Source: Paludibacteraceae bacterium
GTDB taxonomy: Bacteria; Bacteroidota; Bacteroidia; Bacteroidales; Paludibacteraceae
Assembly: GCA_017649845.1 (NCBI GenBank)
Contig: JAGCFY010000011.1
Location: 1-32,787, forward strand
Direction of reading: 5' to 3'
Length of the DNA: 32,787 bases
Below the pieces are notes generated by a model. The model did no database searches, was not told where the DNA came from, and saw only the letters and a program-made list of their open reading frames with translations. The translations under genes were made by a program, and so were the position numbers. Of the stretch, positions 25,796-32,787 are shown in pieces (within the stretch, counting starts at the first letter, position 1; every line of letters begins with the position of its first letter).

Positions 25796-26799
25796 TGAAA
25801 AAGATTGGTTTATTTATAGTTTGTCTGGCCATTATGACCGCTTGCCAAAAAGAGCGGGTTTATTTTCCGAAAGACATAGAGCCGCAAGAGATTGAAATTG
25901 TGCGTTTTGACAATGCAATCATGAATGTGCACGAAGCGAGCGTGGCACATGATATACGCGTTTTGTACGATGAATATCCGGCATTTATGCCGCTTTGGGT
26001 GGAAGATATTTTAGGGATACCGAGTGCGGACACAACGTTCCTGGAACAACAGCTGCCTGAGTTCCTAAACGATACTTTGTACGGATTCAAGCAGACCAAT
26101 GCACGCGAGCAGGAAGTGTTTGCAGACGTAAGCGATTTGGAAAAGACCATAGGTAAGGCTTTTGCACGGATCAAATGGCTCTATCCCGAAAAGGAAGTGC
26201 CTTCTTTCTACATGTTTATCTCGGGTTTTCAGACTCCTATCTATTTTGGGGACGAGCTGATAGGAATAGGTGCAGACATGTATTTGGGAAGCGATTATGA
26301 ATATTACAACCGCGTAGTGTATGACTATCAGAAACAGACGATGCGCAAGGAGTGTATTCCGGTGGATGTGGTGAGTGCTTATTTATTCCGAACCCTACCC
26401 TACACCAGCACAAAAAGCCGGCTGCTTGACCAGATGCTTTACCGCGGCAAAGTGATGTACTTGGTGGCGCAGATCTTCAGTGATTTAAAAGGCTATGAAG
26501 TGATGGGATGGACCAAAGAGCAATGGGACTGGTGCGTAAAGAACGAACGGGCTATCTGGCATCTGGTGATGGACAAAAGGGATTTGTTTAAGACGGAAAG
26601 TCTGGTGTTGACTGGTTATCTAAACGATGGTCCGTTTACGTCAGAGATATCGCAGGACGCGCCGGGAAGACTCGGTATCTGGCTCGGATGGCGCATCGCT
26701 CAGAGTTATATGGAGCATAATGAAACAGTGACGCTGCAAGACCTGATGGCCGAAGGCGATGCACAAAAGATATTGGAAGAGAGTTATTACAAACCATAA
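25795..26799 (+). CDS. gldB: GldB-family lipoprotein (gliding motility/T9SS-associated family)
   Basis: 334 aa with the lipobox MTAC. The early VRFD motif and the C-terminal PGRLGIWLGWRIAQSYMEHN...YYKP match my recollection of Flavobacterium GldB (PG..GRYLGWQIVRSYM...KYKP). Confidence 0.7.
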   Translation: MKKIGLFIVCLAIMTACQKERVYFPKDIEPQEIEIVRFDNAIMNVHEASVAHDIRVLYDEYPAFMPLWVEDILGIPSADTTFLEQQLPEFLNDTLYGFKQTNAREQEVFADVSDLEKTIGKAFARIKWLYPEKEVPSFYMFISGFQTPIYFGDELIGIGADMYLGSDYEYYNRVVYDYQKQTMRKECIPVDVVSAYLFRTLPYTSTKSRLLDQMLYRGKVMYLVAQIFSDLKGYEVMGWTKEQWDWCVKNERAIWHLVMDKRDLFKTESLVLTGYLNDGPFTSEISQDAPGRLGIWLGWRIAQSYMEHNETVTLQDLMAEGDAQKILEESYYKP

Positions 26800-26811
26800 A
26801 AAATCAACAAT

Positions 26812-27303
26812 ATGAGAAAATTCATTACCATGGCGCTGGCAGTATTATCCATGACTGCCTTTGCGGAACAAAAGACCCTGGTTGCTTATTTCTCCGCTAC
26901 CGGTACTACCAAAGCTGCAGCGGAAAAACTCGCCAAACAGCATAAGGCAGTATTATGGGAGATTGAGGCGTCAGAACCATACACCGCAGCCGATCTGGAC
27001 TGGCGAAACGAGCAATCCCGCTCATCGGTGGAGATGCGTGAGCCGGAAGCCCGCCCGAGTATCAAACGCTGTACGAATATCATGCCGTACGACACTATTT
27101 ACATAGGATTCCCGATCTGGTGGGGCATATGTCCTCGTATCATCAACTCATGGATAGACAATAACCTGCCTCAATTAGAGGGGAAAACTTTGATACCTTT
27201 TGCCACCAGCGGCAGCAGCGGTATTGGTGAGGCTGAGAAATATCTCAAGAAGACCTACCCTACCTTGAAATGGGAAAAAGGAATGCTGATGAACAAACGG
27301 TAA
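26812..27303 (+). CDS. Flavodoxin-like protein (Flavodoxin_4 type) with an N-terminal signal peptide
   Basis: 163 aa. The hydrophobic leader is MRKFITMALAVLSMTAFAEQ. The FMN-loop-like motif LVAYFSATGTTK follows, and the motifs FPIWWG and PFATSGSSG are present. Confidence 0.75.
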   Translation: MRKFITMALAVLSMTAFAEQKTLVAYFSATGTTKAAAEKLAKQHKAVLWEIEASEPYTAADLDWRNEQSRSSVEMREPEARPSIKRCTNIMPYDTIYIGFPIWWGICPRIINSWIDNNLPQLEGKTLIPFATSGSSGIGEAEKYLKKTYPTLKWEKGMLMNKR

Positions 27304-27312
27304 TCATTCTCT

Positions 27313-28035
27313 ATGTCCTCTATCATACGTCAAGCGCTGTGTAGTCTCTTCTACCCGAAGACATGTGCCATGTGCGGGGCGTACATAGGCGACATAGCGC
27401 ACGTATTATGCGATACCTGTCTGGCGGATTTGCCTCGTACAGAACAAGCCGAGCAGCGCCAGAATGAGACGGAAATGGCATTATTAGGCCAACCGGCCGA
27501 TATGGTGAAGGCTTCCAAGGTGATGCATGTCAATAGCGCTGCGGCTTTTCTATTTTTCGAGAAAAACCACCCTATCCAGACCATGATTCACCAGATGAAA
27601 TATGCCGACAGACCGGATATCGGTTTTTACATGGGACGCCAAGCAGCTATGGAGTTTCAGTATGCCGGTTTTTTCGACGGAATAGATGTTATAATACCTA
27701 TGCCTCTGCACCCTAAACGTCTGCGAGAACGCGGGTATAACCAGTCAGAATATATCGCTTCGGGTATTGGTTCCGTGACAGGAATACCGGTTGACACGAC
27801 TCATGTGACACGAAAGAGAAACACCCCGAAACAGGCCTTGCAGAAAGGAGAAGAACGGAAAAGCAATGTAGCAAATGCATTTGAAGTGAACCATCCCGAA
27901 CAACTGTATCACAAACATATACTGGTTGTTGACGACCTGATTACCACAGGTGAGACGATGAAGAGTTGCCTACAAGCCATGAAGCTGTTTCGCGGAGCTA
28001 CATTTCACGTGATGGCACTCTGCAAAGCTACATAA
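27313..28035 (+). CDS. comF: ComF-family protein (phosphoribosyltransferase-like)
   Basis: 240 aa with the N-terminal Cys4 motif CAMCG...CDTC and the C-terminal PRT motif ILVVDDLITTGETM. Confidence 0.85.
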   Translation: MSSIIRQALCSLFYPKTCAMCGAYIGDIAHVLCDTCLADLPRTEQAEQRQNETEMALLGQPADMVKASKVMHVNSAAAFLFFEKNHPIQTMIHQMKYADRPDIGFYMGRQAAMEFQYAGFFDGIDVIIPMPLHPKRLRERGYNQSEYIASGIGSVTGIPVDTTHVTRKRNTPKQALQKGEERKSNVANAFEVNHPEQLYHKHILVVDDLITTGETMKSCLQAMKLFRGATFHVMALCKAT

Positions 28036-28064
28036 AAGATGCAAAAAATTTATATAATGAATTT

Positions 28065-28916
28065 ATGAATATGCAAACGATTAAGTTAAACAACGGCGTG
28101 GAAATGCCTGTATTGGGTTACGGATTATTCCGAGTGCCGCCGGAGGAAGCAGAGCGCTGCACTCGTGAGGCGTTAGAAGTGGGGTACAGGTTAATTGATA
28201 CCGCACAAGCCTACGGCAATGAAGAAGGCGTAGGTGCAGCTATTGCTAAGAGCGGCATCAAACGGGAAGATATTTTTATTGTTACCAAAGTGTGGATAAC
28301 CAATGCAGGCGAAGAGAAAGCCGCACGGAGCATCGAGGAGAGTTTGCGTAAGTTACAGACCGAGTATGTTGATTTACTGCTCATTCACCAGGCTTACGGC
28401 GATGTATTCGGTTCGTGGCGGGCGATGGAAAAGGCTTACAAAGAAGGCAAGACTCGGGCTATAGGCGTAAGTAATTTCCAGGCATGCCGGTTTTATGATT
28501 TTGCGTCCGTGGTAGATATCAAACCGGCGGTGAACCAGTTACAATGCTGCGTGTTAGCGCAACAACAGACCATTCGACCGGAAATGGAGCGGTATGATAC
28601 CAAAATGATGGCTTGGGGACCATTAGGACAAGGTTCAGAGGATTTACTGAAAAGCCCTGTGCTAACAAAAATCGGTGCGCAATACGGCAAAACTCCCGCT
28701 CAGGTGGCGCTTAGATGGCTGACACAACAAGATATTGTCGCTATCCCGAAGAGCATGCATAAAGAGCGCATGGCGGCTAACTTCGATATCTTCGATTTCA
28801 GCCTATCCCCTGCAGACATGCAAGCTATCAAGACACTCAATCAGAAAGATACCGGATTCCGAGATTTCGGAGACCCTAATTACCTACGCAAAATAATAGG
28901 CATGTTTAACCTATAA
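28065..28916 (+). CDS. Aldo/keto reductase
   Basis: Start re-picked at MNMQTIKLNNGVEMPVLGYG; the ATG at 28071 is equally possible. The upstream part of the track ORF overlaps comF. AKR motifs GYRLIDTAQAYGNEE, LLLIHQ and VAIPKS are present. Confidence 0.85.
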   Translation: MNMQTIKLNNGVEMPVLGYGLFRVPPEEAERCTREALEVGYRLIDTAQAYGNEEGVGAAIAKSGIKREDIFIVTKVWITNAGEEKAARSIEESLRKLQTEYVDLLLIHQAYGDVFGSWRAMEKAYKEGKTRAIGVSNFQACRFYDFASVVDIKPAVNQLQCCVLAQQQTIRPEMERYDTKMMAWGPLGQGSEDLLKSPVLTKIGAQYGKTPAQVALRWLTQQDIVAIPKSMHKERMAANFDIFDFSLSPADMQAIKTLNQKDTGFRDFGDPNYLRKIIGMFNL

Positions 28917-28955
28917 CGTATAATATGTCTTAACATAAACAAACCTCTTGATACG

Positions 28956-30374
28956 ATGAGTTATACAGAAGAATCTATCCGCAAAATAGTGGAAGCACAA
29001 CGGTCATTCTTTCGAACAGGAGAAACGCTTCCCGTCAAATGGCGAATTGCTCAACTGAAGAAACTGAAAGCAGCTGTGATTGCTCATGCCGATGAGTTTG
29101 AGAAAGCACTGGCACAAGACCTGGGCCGCAGCCAAGTAGAGGCTTATCTTTGCGATGTTGGTCCCATCATTACCGAGATAAATGAAATCATTGGCGGACT
29201 GAGGAGATGGGCAAGGCCGGAGATTCATTTCAGCGGTCTAATGTGCTTCCCGAGTATCATCACCAAAGTATATAAGATGCCATACGGCGTATCATTAGTA
29301 ATCAGTCCGTTCAATTTTCCGATTTTGTTAACTATAGGCGTGGTGGCCGCAGCTATGTGCGGAGGAAACACGGTAGTAATCAAGTCCAGTTCCAAATCTG
29401 CAGCCTGCACGGCTGTACTGAAGAAGTTCTTTGCTGAACTCTTTCCTCCTCAATATGTGACGCTGATAGATGGAGGGCATGATGTGGCAGATATGTGTCT
29501 GGCACAACGATGGGATAAGATTTTCTATACCGGTTCACCGGCGGTAGGAAAGCACGTGTTGGCCGAGGCGGCAAAGAACTTAACGCCGGTAGCACTGGAG
29601 TTAGGCGGCGAGACCGGAAACTGGTGCGTGGTTCGTAAGGATGCGGACCTAAAAGATGCTGCACGCAAGATAGCTTTCTTCAAACTGACCAATGCCGGGC
29701 AGATTTGCATTAACATCAATCAGATAGCCGTTGCCGAAGAGGTGGCTGAGGCTTTTATTGCGGAACTGAAAGCAGCGCTTGTAAACCAAATAGGCGAACA
29801 TGCAGAGACCAACGAAGAGTACCCACGATTAATAACTGACGCAGCATATGAGAAGTGTGCCAAATTAGCGGGTGAATACAAAGAGCGCATTGTTTTCGGC
29901 GGAAACGGAGTAAAAGAGACACTGAAGTATGCACCGACAATAATTTATCCGGTGGATATCAACGAACCTATCGTGCAGCATGAACTATTCTGTCCTTTGC
30001 TTCCTATTGTTCCGTACAAAGATGCAGAAGCGGATCTGTTGATGGACGTGATAGCCGAACGGGAACATCCGTTAGCGATGTATTTGTTTACGAAAGATAT
30101 TAAATGGGCTAAACGCGTAATGCAAACCCAGCAGTTCGGAGGCGGATGTATCAATGAAGTATGTATTCACATGATGGTCAAAGGGGTACCGTTTAACGGA
30201 ACAGGCCATTCCGGAATGGGGGCTTATCATGGCGAATGGGGATTCAGAGAGTTTACTCACCCGCAAACGGTTTTACGGGGCAGTACGTGGTTTAATCTGC
30301 CGCTTCGCGAACATCCATATGGAGGTAAAGCTGGTGAGTTAAAAATGAAACTTCTACGCCTTTTTGAACGATAA
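28956..30374 (+). CDS. NAD(P)-dependent aldehyde dehydrogenase (ALDH3-like)
   Basis: 472 aa with the catalytic Glu region LELGGE and the catalytic Cys region NAGQICIN. Confidence 0.9.
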   Translation: MSYTEESIRKIVEAQRSFFRTGETLPVKWRIAQLKKLKAAVIAHADEFEKALAQDLGRSQVEAYLCDVGPIITEINEIIGGLRRWARPEIHFSGLMCFPSIITKVYKMPYGVSLVISPFNFPILLTIGVVAAAMCGGNTVVIKSSSKSAACTAVLKKFFAELFPPQYVTLIDGGHDVADMCLAQRWDKIFYTGSPAVGKHVLAEAAKNLTPVALELGGETGNWCVVRKDADLKDAARKIAFFKLTNAGQICININQIAVAEEVAEAFIAELKAALVNQIGEHAETNEEYPRLITDAAYEKCAKLAGEYKERIVFGGNGVKETLKYAPTIIYPVDINEPIVQHELFCPLLPIVPYKDAEADLLMDVIAEREHPLAMYLFTKDIKWAKRVMQTQQFGGGCINEVCIHMMVKGVPFNGTGHSGMGAYHGEWGFREFTHPQTVLRGSTWFNLPLREHPYGGKAGELKMKLLRLFER

Positions 30375-30382
30375 AGAAGCAT

Positions 30383-31597
30383 ATGAATAGAGAAGATTTT
30401 GAAATACTGAAAGAGCAGGTTCATGGCCAACAATTAGTGTATCTTGATAATGCCGCTACGAGCCAGAAGCCGCAGCAAGTGACCAATGCTATCATGGAGG
30501 CATATGCACATTGGAATAGCAATATCCATCGGGGCGTTCACCATCTAAGCCAGGTAGCGACGATGAAACATGAAGATGCACGCCGCAAAGTGGCAGACTT
30601 TATAGGTGCACAAAGCGCTGATGAGATTATCTTTACCAAAGGTACGACGGACAGCCTCAATGCCTTGGCATTCAGTTATGGAGAAGTGTATATCCAAGAG
30701 GGAGATGAGATTATTGTGAGCGCTGTGGAGCACCATTCTAACATTGTACCGTGGCAAATGCTCTGTGAGCGCAAGAAAGCAGTGCTGCGGCATATTCCAT
30801 TACGGGATGATTTAACGCTCGACATAGAGGCATTTAAGGGTATGCTGAATATACGGACCAAACTGGTTTCTATTGCGCATGTGAGTAATGTATTGGGAAC
30901 CATCCTACCGATAGAGGAAATCATCCGTTTGGCCCATGAAAAGAATATACCTGTTTGCCTTGACGGCGCACAGAGTGTTCCGCATATGAAAGTGGATGTA
31001 CAGGCTTTGGACTGCGACTTTCTGGCTTTCTCGGGACATAAGATGTACGGTCCTACAGGCATCGGGGTGTTGTACGGCAAACGTGAATGGCTCGAGAAAA
31101 TTCCTCCGCACGAGGGTGGAGGAGAAATGATTAACCATGTCCGATGGAGTGGTACTACCTATAATGAACTACCGTATAAATTCGAAGCCGGCACACCTAA
31201 TTTTGTGGGTTCATATGCTTTACAGAAAGCTATTGAATATGTTCAAAAAGTTGGTTTTGAAGCTATCGAGACGCATGAGAAAGAGTTGACGGAATATTGC
31301 GAGCAAAAGTTAAACAAGATAGAGGGAATAAAGATATATGCTATCAACCAACCTAAAGCAGGTGTCATCAGCTTCAATATCTATAATGGCTCATCACTCA
31401 TCCATCCTTTTGACATCGGTACTCTCCTTGACCAACAAGGCGTTGCTGTACGAACGGGACACCATTGTGCCGAACCGCTAATAGATGAGTTAGGTATTCC
31501 CGGAACGGTACGCGTATCGTTCGGATTGTACAACGAGAAAGAAGATGTAGATACTTTCATTAGCGCTTTGAAGAAATCTGTCATGATCTTAAGTTAA
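30383..31597 (+). CDS. sufS: Cysteine desulfurase, SufS/CsdA type (class V aminotransferase)
   Basis: 404 aa with HHSNIVPWQ, the PLP-lysine region SGHKMYGPTGIGVLYG and the catalytic Cys region RTGHHCAEP. Confidence 0.9.
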   Translation: MNREDFEILKEQVHGQQLVYLDNAATSQKPQQVTNAIMEAYAHWNSNIHRGVHHLSQVATMKHEDARRKVADFIGAQSADEIIFTKGTTDSLNALAFSYGEVYIQEGDEIIVSAVEHHSNIVPWQMLCERKKAVLRHIPLRDDLTLDIEAFKGMLNIRTKLVSIAHVSNVLGTILPIEEIIRLAHEKNIPVCLDGAQSVPHMKVDVQALDCDFLAFSGHKMYGPTGIGVLYGKREWLEKIPPHEGGGEMINHVRWSGTTYNELPYKFEAGTPNFVGSYALQKAIEYVQKVGFEAIETHEKELTEYCEQKLNKIEGIKIYAINQPKAGVISFNIYNGSSLIHPFDIGTLLDQQGVAVRTGHHCAEPLIDELGIPGTVRVSFGLYNEKEDVDTFISALKKSVMILS

Positions 31598-31598
31598 T

Positions 31599-32492
31599 AT
31601 GCATTTACTGAACATTCTATTTCTCATTATTGTTAATTATAACGTGGAAAACCTCTTTCATCCGGAACATGACAGTGTTGCTGGGAAGCCGAAAGAAGAT
31701 ATTGAATGGACGCCGGAAGGTGAACGGCATTGGAGTTATACGCGTTATTACCGAAAAGAAGAGAATATAGCACGCGTATTGACAAATATCGGCGAATGGA
31801 ATGGAGTGGATGTGGTCGGATTGCAGGAAGTGGAAAATGCCTTGTGCGTTAAAAGACTCTGTAATACACTCCGGCGCGGAGAATATGATTTTGTACACTA
31901 CGAGAGTCCGGATTCCCGCGGAATAGATGTAGCTTTGGTTTATAAGAAGAGTAGGATTGATACCTTATGCACAAGACCTATACATGTGAATCTGGGAACA
32001 GAAACAACGAGAGATATACTCTATGTCTGCGCAAAAGTAGATAAGCGGGATACAATCCATTTTTTCGTCTGCCATCTACCTTCCCAACGAGGCGGAGCGG
32101 CAGAAAGTGAATGGAAAAGGGAGCGGGCGAAAAACGTTTTGCAACAAGCGGTGGATTCGGTTTTTAGGACACAGGCAGAGGCTAAAATTATTGTCATGGG
32201 CGATATGAACAGTGCGCCAAAGAATGATCTCAGGGGAATGAGAAATCAAATGACTGAATTTTCCAACTCCTCCGGCACACATAAATACCAAGGACGATGG
32301 ACTTGCCTCGACCAGTTTTATATTTCGCCGAATTTAGACAGCCTCGGCATAGTGAGGATCTATGATGCCGAATGGATTCAAGAACCGGATGAGAAATATC
32401 TCGGTCTCAGACCCAAACGTACTTTCAACGGTTTTCTTTATCAGAAAGACGGCTTTTCCGACCACTTGCCGATTGTACTAATGATTAAATAG
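31599..32492 (+). CDS. Endonuclease/exonuclease/phosphatase (EEP) family protein
   Basis: 297 aa with the EEP blocks NYNVENLF, GLQEVEN, GDMNS and SDHLPI. It starts 1 nt after the sufS stop. Confidence 0.8.
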   Translation: MHLLNILFLIIVNYNVENLFHPEHDSVAGKPKEDIEWTPEGERHWSYTRYYRKEENIARVLTNIGEWNGVDVVGLQEVENALCVKRLCNTLRRGEYDFVHYESPDSRGIDVALVYKKSRIDTLCTRPIHVNLGTETTRDILYVCAKVDKRDTIHFFVCHLPSQRGGAAESEWKRERAKNVLQQAVDSVFRTQAEAKIIVMGDMNSAPKNDLRGMRNQMTEFSNSSGTHKYQGRWTCLDQFYISPNLDSLGIVRIYDAEWIQEPDEKYLGLRPKRTFNGFLYQKDGFSDHLPIVLMIK

Positions 32493-32595
32493 TTGTACAC
32501 CGGGCAACTATTCAAAAAGAAATAAATAGTATTGTAAATTAATGATTTATGATATTACCTGTTTCTTTTTTTGTACACCGGTTTCTCAATCCCTA

Positions 32596-32626
32596 TTGCA
32601 CATTTGCACAAAAAGCAGTACCTTTG
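32596..32626 (+). promoter_or_regulatory. Bacteroides-type promoter for the last (partial) gene
   Basis: TTGCACAT, then an A-run, GCAG and TACCTTTG, with 23-nt spacing. The 26 nt from CACAAAAAGCAG to GCAGCGG are nearly identical to the lolD promoter. Confidence 0.5.
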
Positions 32627-32686
32627 CAGCGGATTTCCAATCTCGGATTAGGGATCCTCGAACGATTGTTTCAAAACAGAAATAGT

Positions 32687-32787
32687 ATGAATGAAACGAC
32701 TTTAATAATTATTTTGGGAATAATCCTTCTCGGTTTGGAAATAGCCGTTATGGTTCTTTCTGTACAGAAATCAAACCTGAAACAGCA
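32687..32787 (+). CDS. Partial CDS (5' end only) encoding an N-terminal transmembrane helix; function not assignable
   Basis: ATG at 32687, about 60 nt after the promoter. My hand translation is MNETTLIIILGIILLGLEIAVMVLSVQKSNLKQ, running open to the end of the window. It is too short to appear in the ORF track. Confidence 0.4.
   Translation, partial: MNETTLIIILGIILLGLEIAVMVLSVQKSNLKQ

Overview
This window looks like a chromosomal core region of a Bacteroidales (Bacteroidota) genome. The evidence is five promoters of the Bacteroides TAnnTTTG (-7) type, gldH and gldB lipoprotein homologues, a TonB-dependent receptor with an N-terminal carboxypeptidase-regulatory-like domain, and tightly packed or overlapping genes without obvious Shine-Dalgarno sequences.

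I support 33 complete CDS, one partial CDS and one tRNA-Asn(GTT).
- Minus strand, 657-8655: a TonB-dependent receptor, trmB, gldH, a PSP1/RicT-like gene, holB, a HIT gene, plsC and a PfkB kinase.
- Plus strand, 9412-23761: a glycosyltransferase, an esterase, the rod-shape cluster mreB-mreC-mreD-mrdA-rodA, then yraN, mnmG, apt, uvrC, tsaE and comEC.
- Plus strand, 24232-32492: nine tightly spaced genes, namely lolD, a TonB_C protein, gldB, a flavodoxin-like gene, comF, an aldo/keto reductase, an aldehyde dehydrogenase, sufS and an EEP nuclease/phosphatase.

I found no integrase, transposase, CRISPR array, toxin-antitoxin pair, recognisable defence genes, prophage genes or rRNA. I therefore cannot claim a novel multi-gene system here.

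The sequence least explained by the annotation is non-coding.
1. The 540-bp gap after tRNA-Asn (8871-9411) holds four elements. These are a promoter-like module with a perfect palindrome, a 75-nt G-free polypyrimidine tract whose opposite strand carries a canonical G4 motif, a 40-codon Pro/Phe-rich sORF, and four 11-bp tandem repeats.
2. The 470-bp gap upstream of lolD (23762-24231) holds perfect hairpins, a palindrome that includes the lolD -7 box, and a tandem ~33-nt duplication in the leader.

CDS coordinates come from the ORF track, with starts re-picked where noted. Coordinates of non-CDS features were counted by hand. My homopolymer counts disagreed with the ORF-track translation in at least one place (near 19500), so treat them as +/-2 nt.
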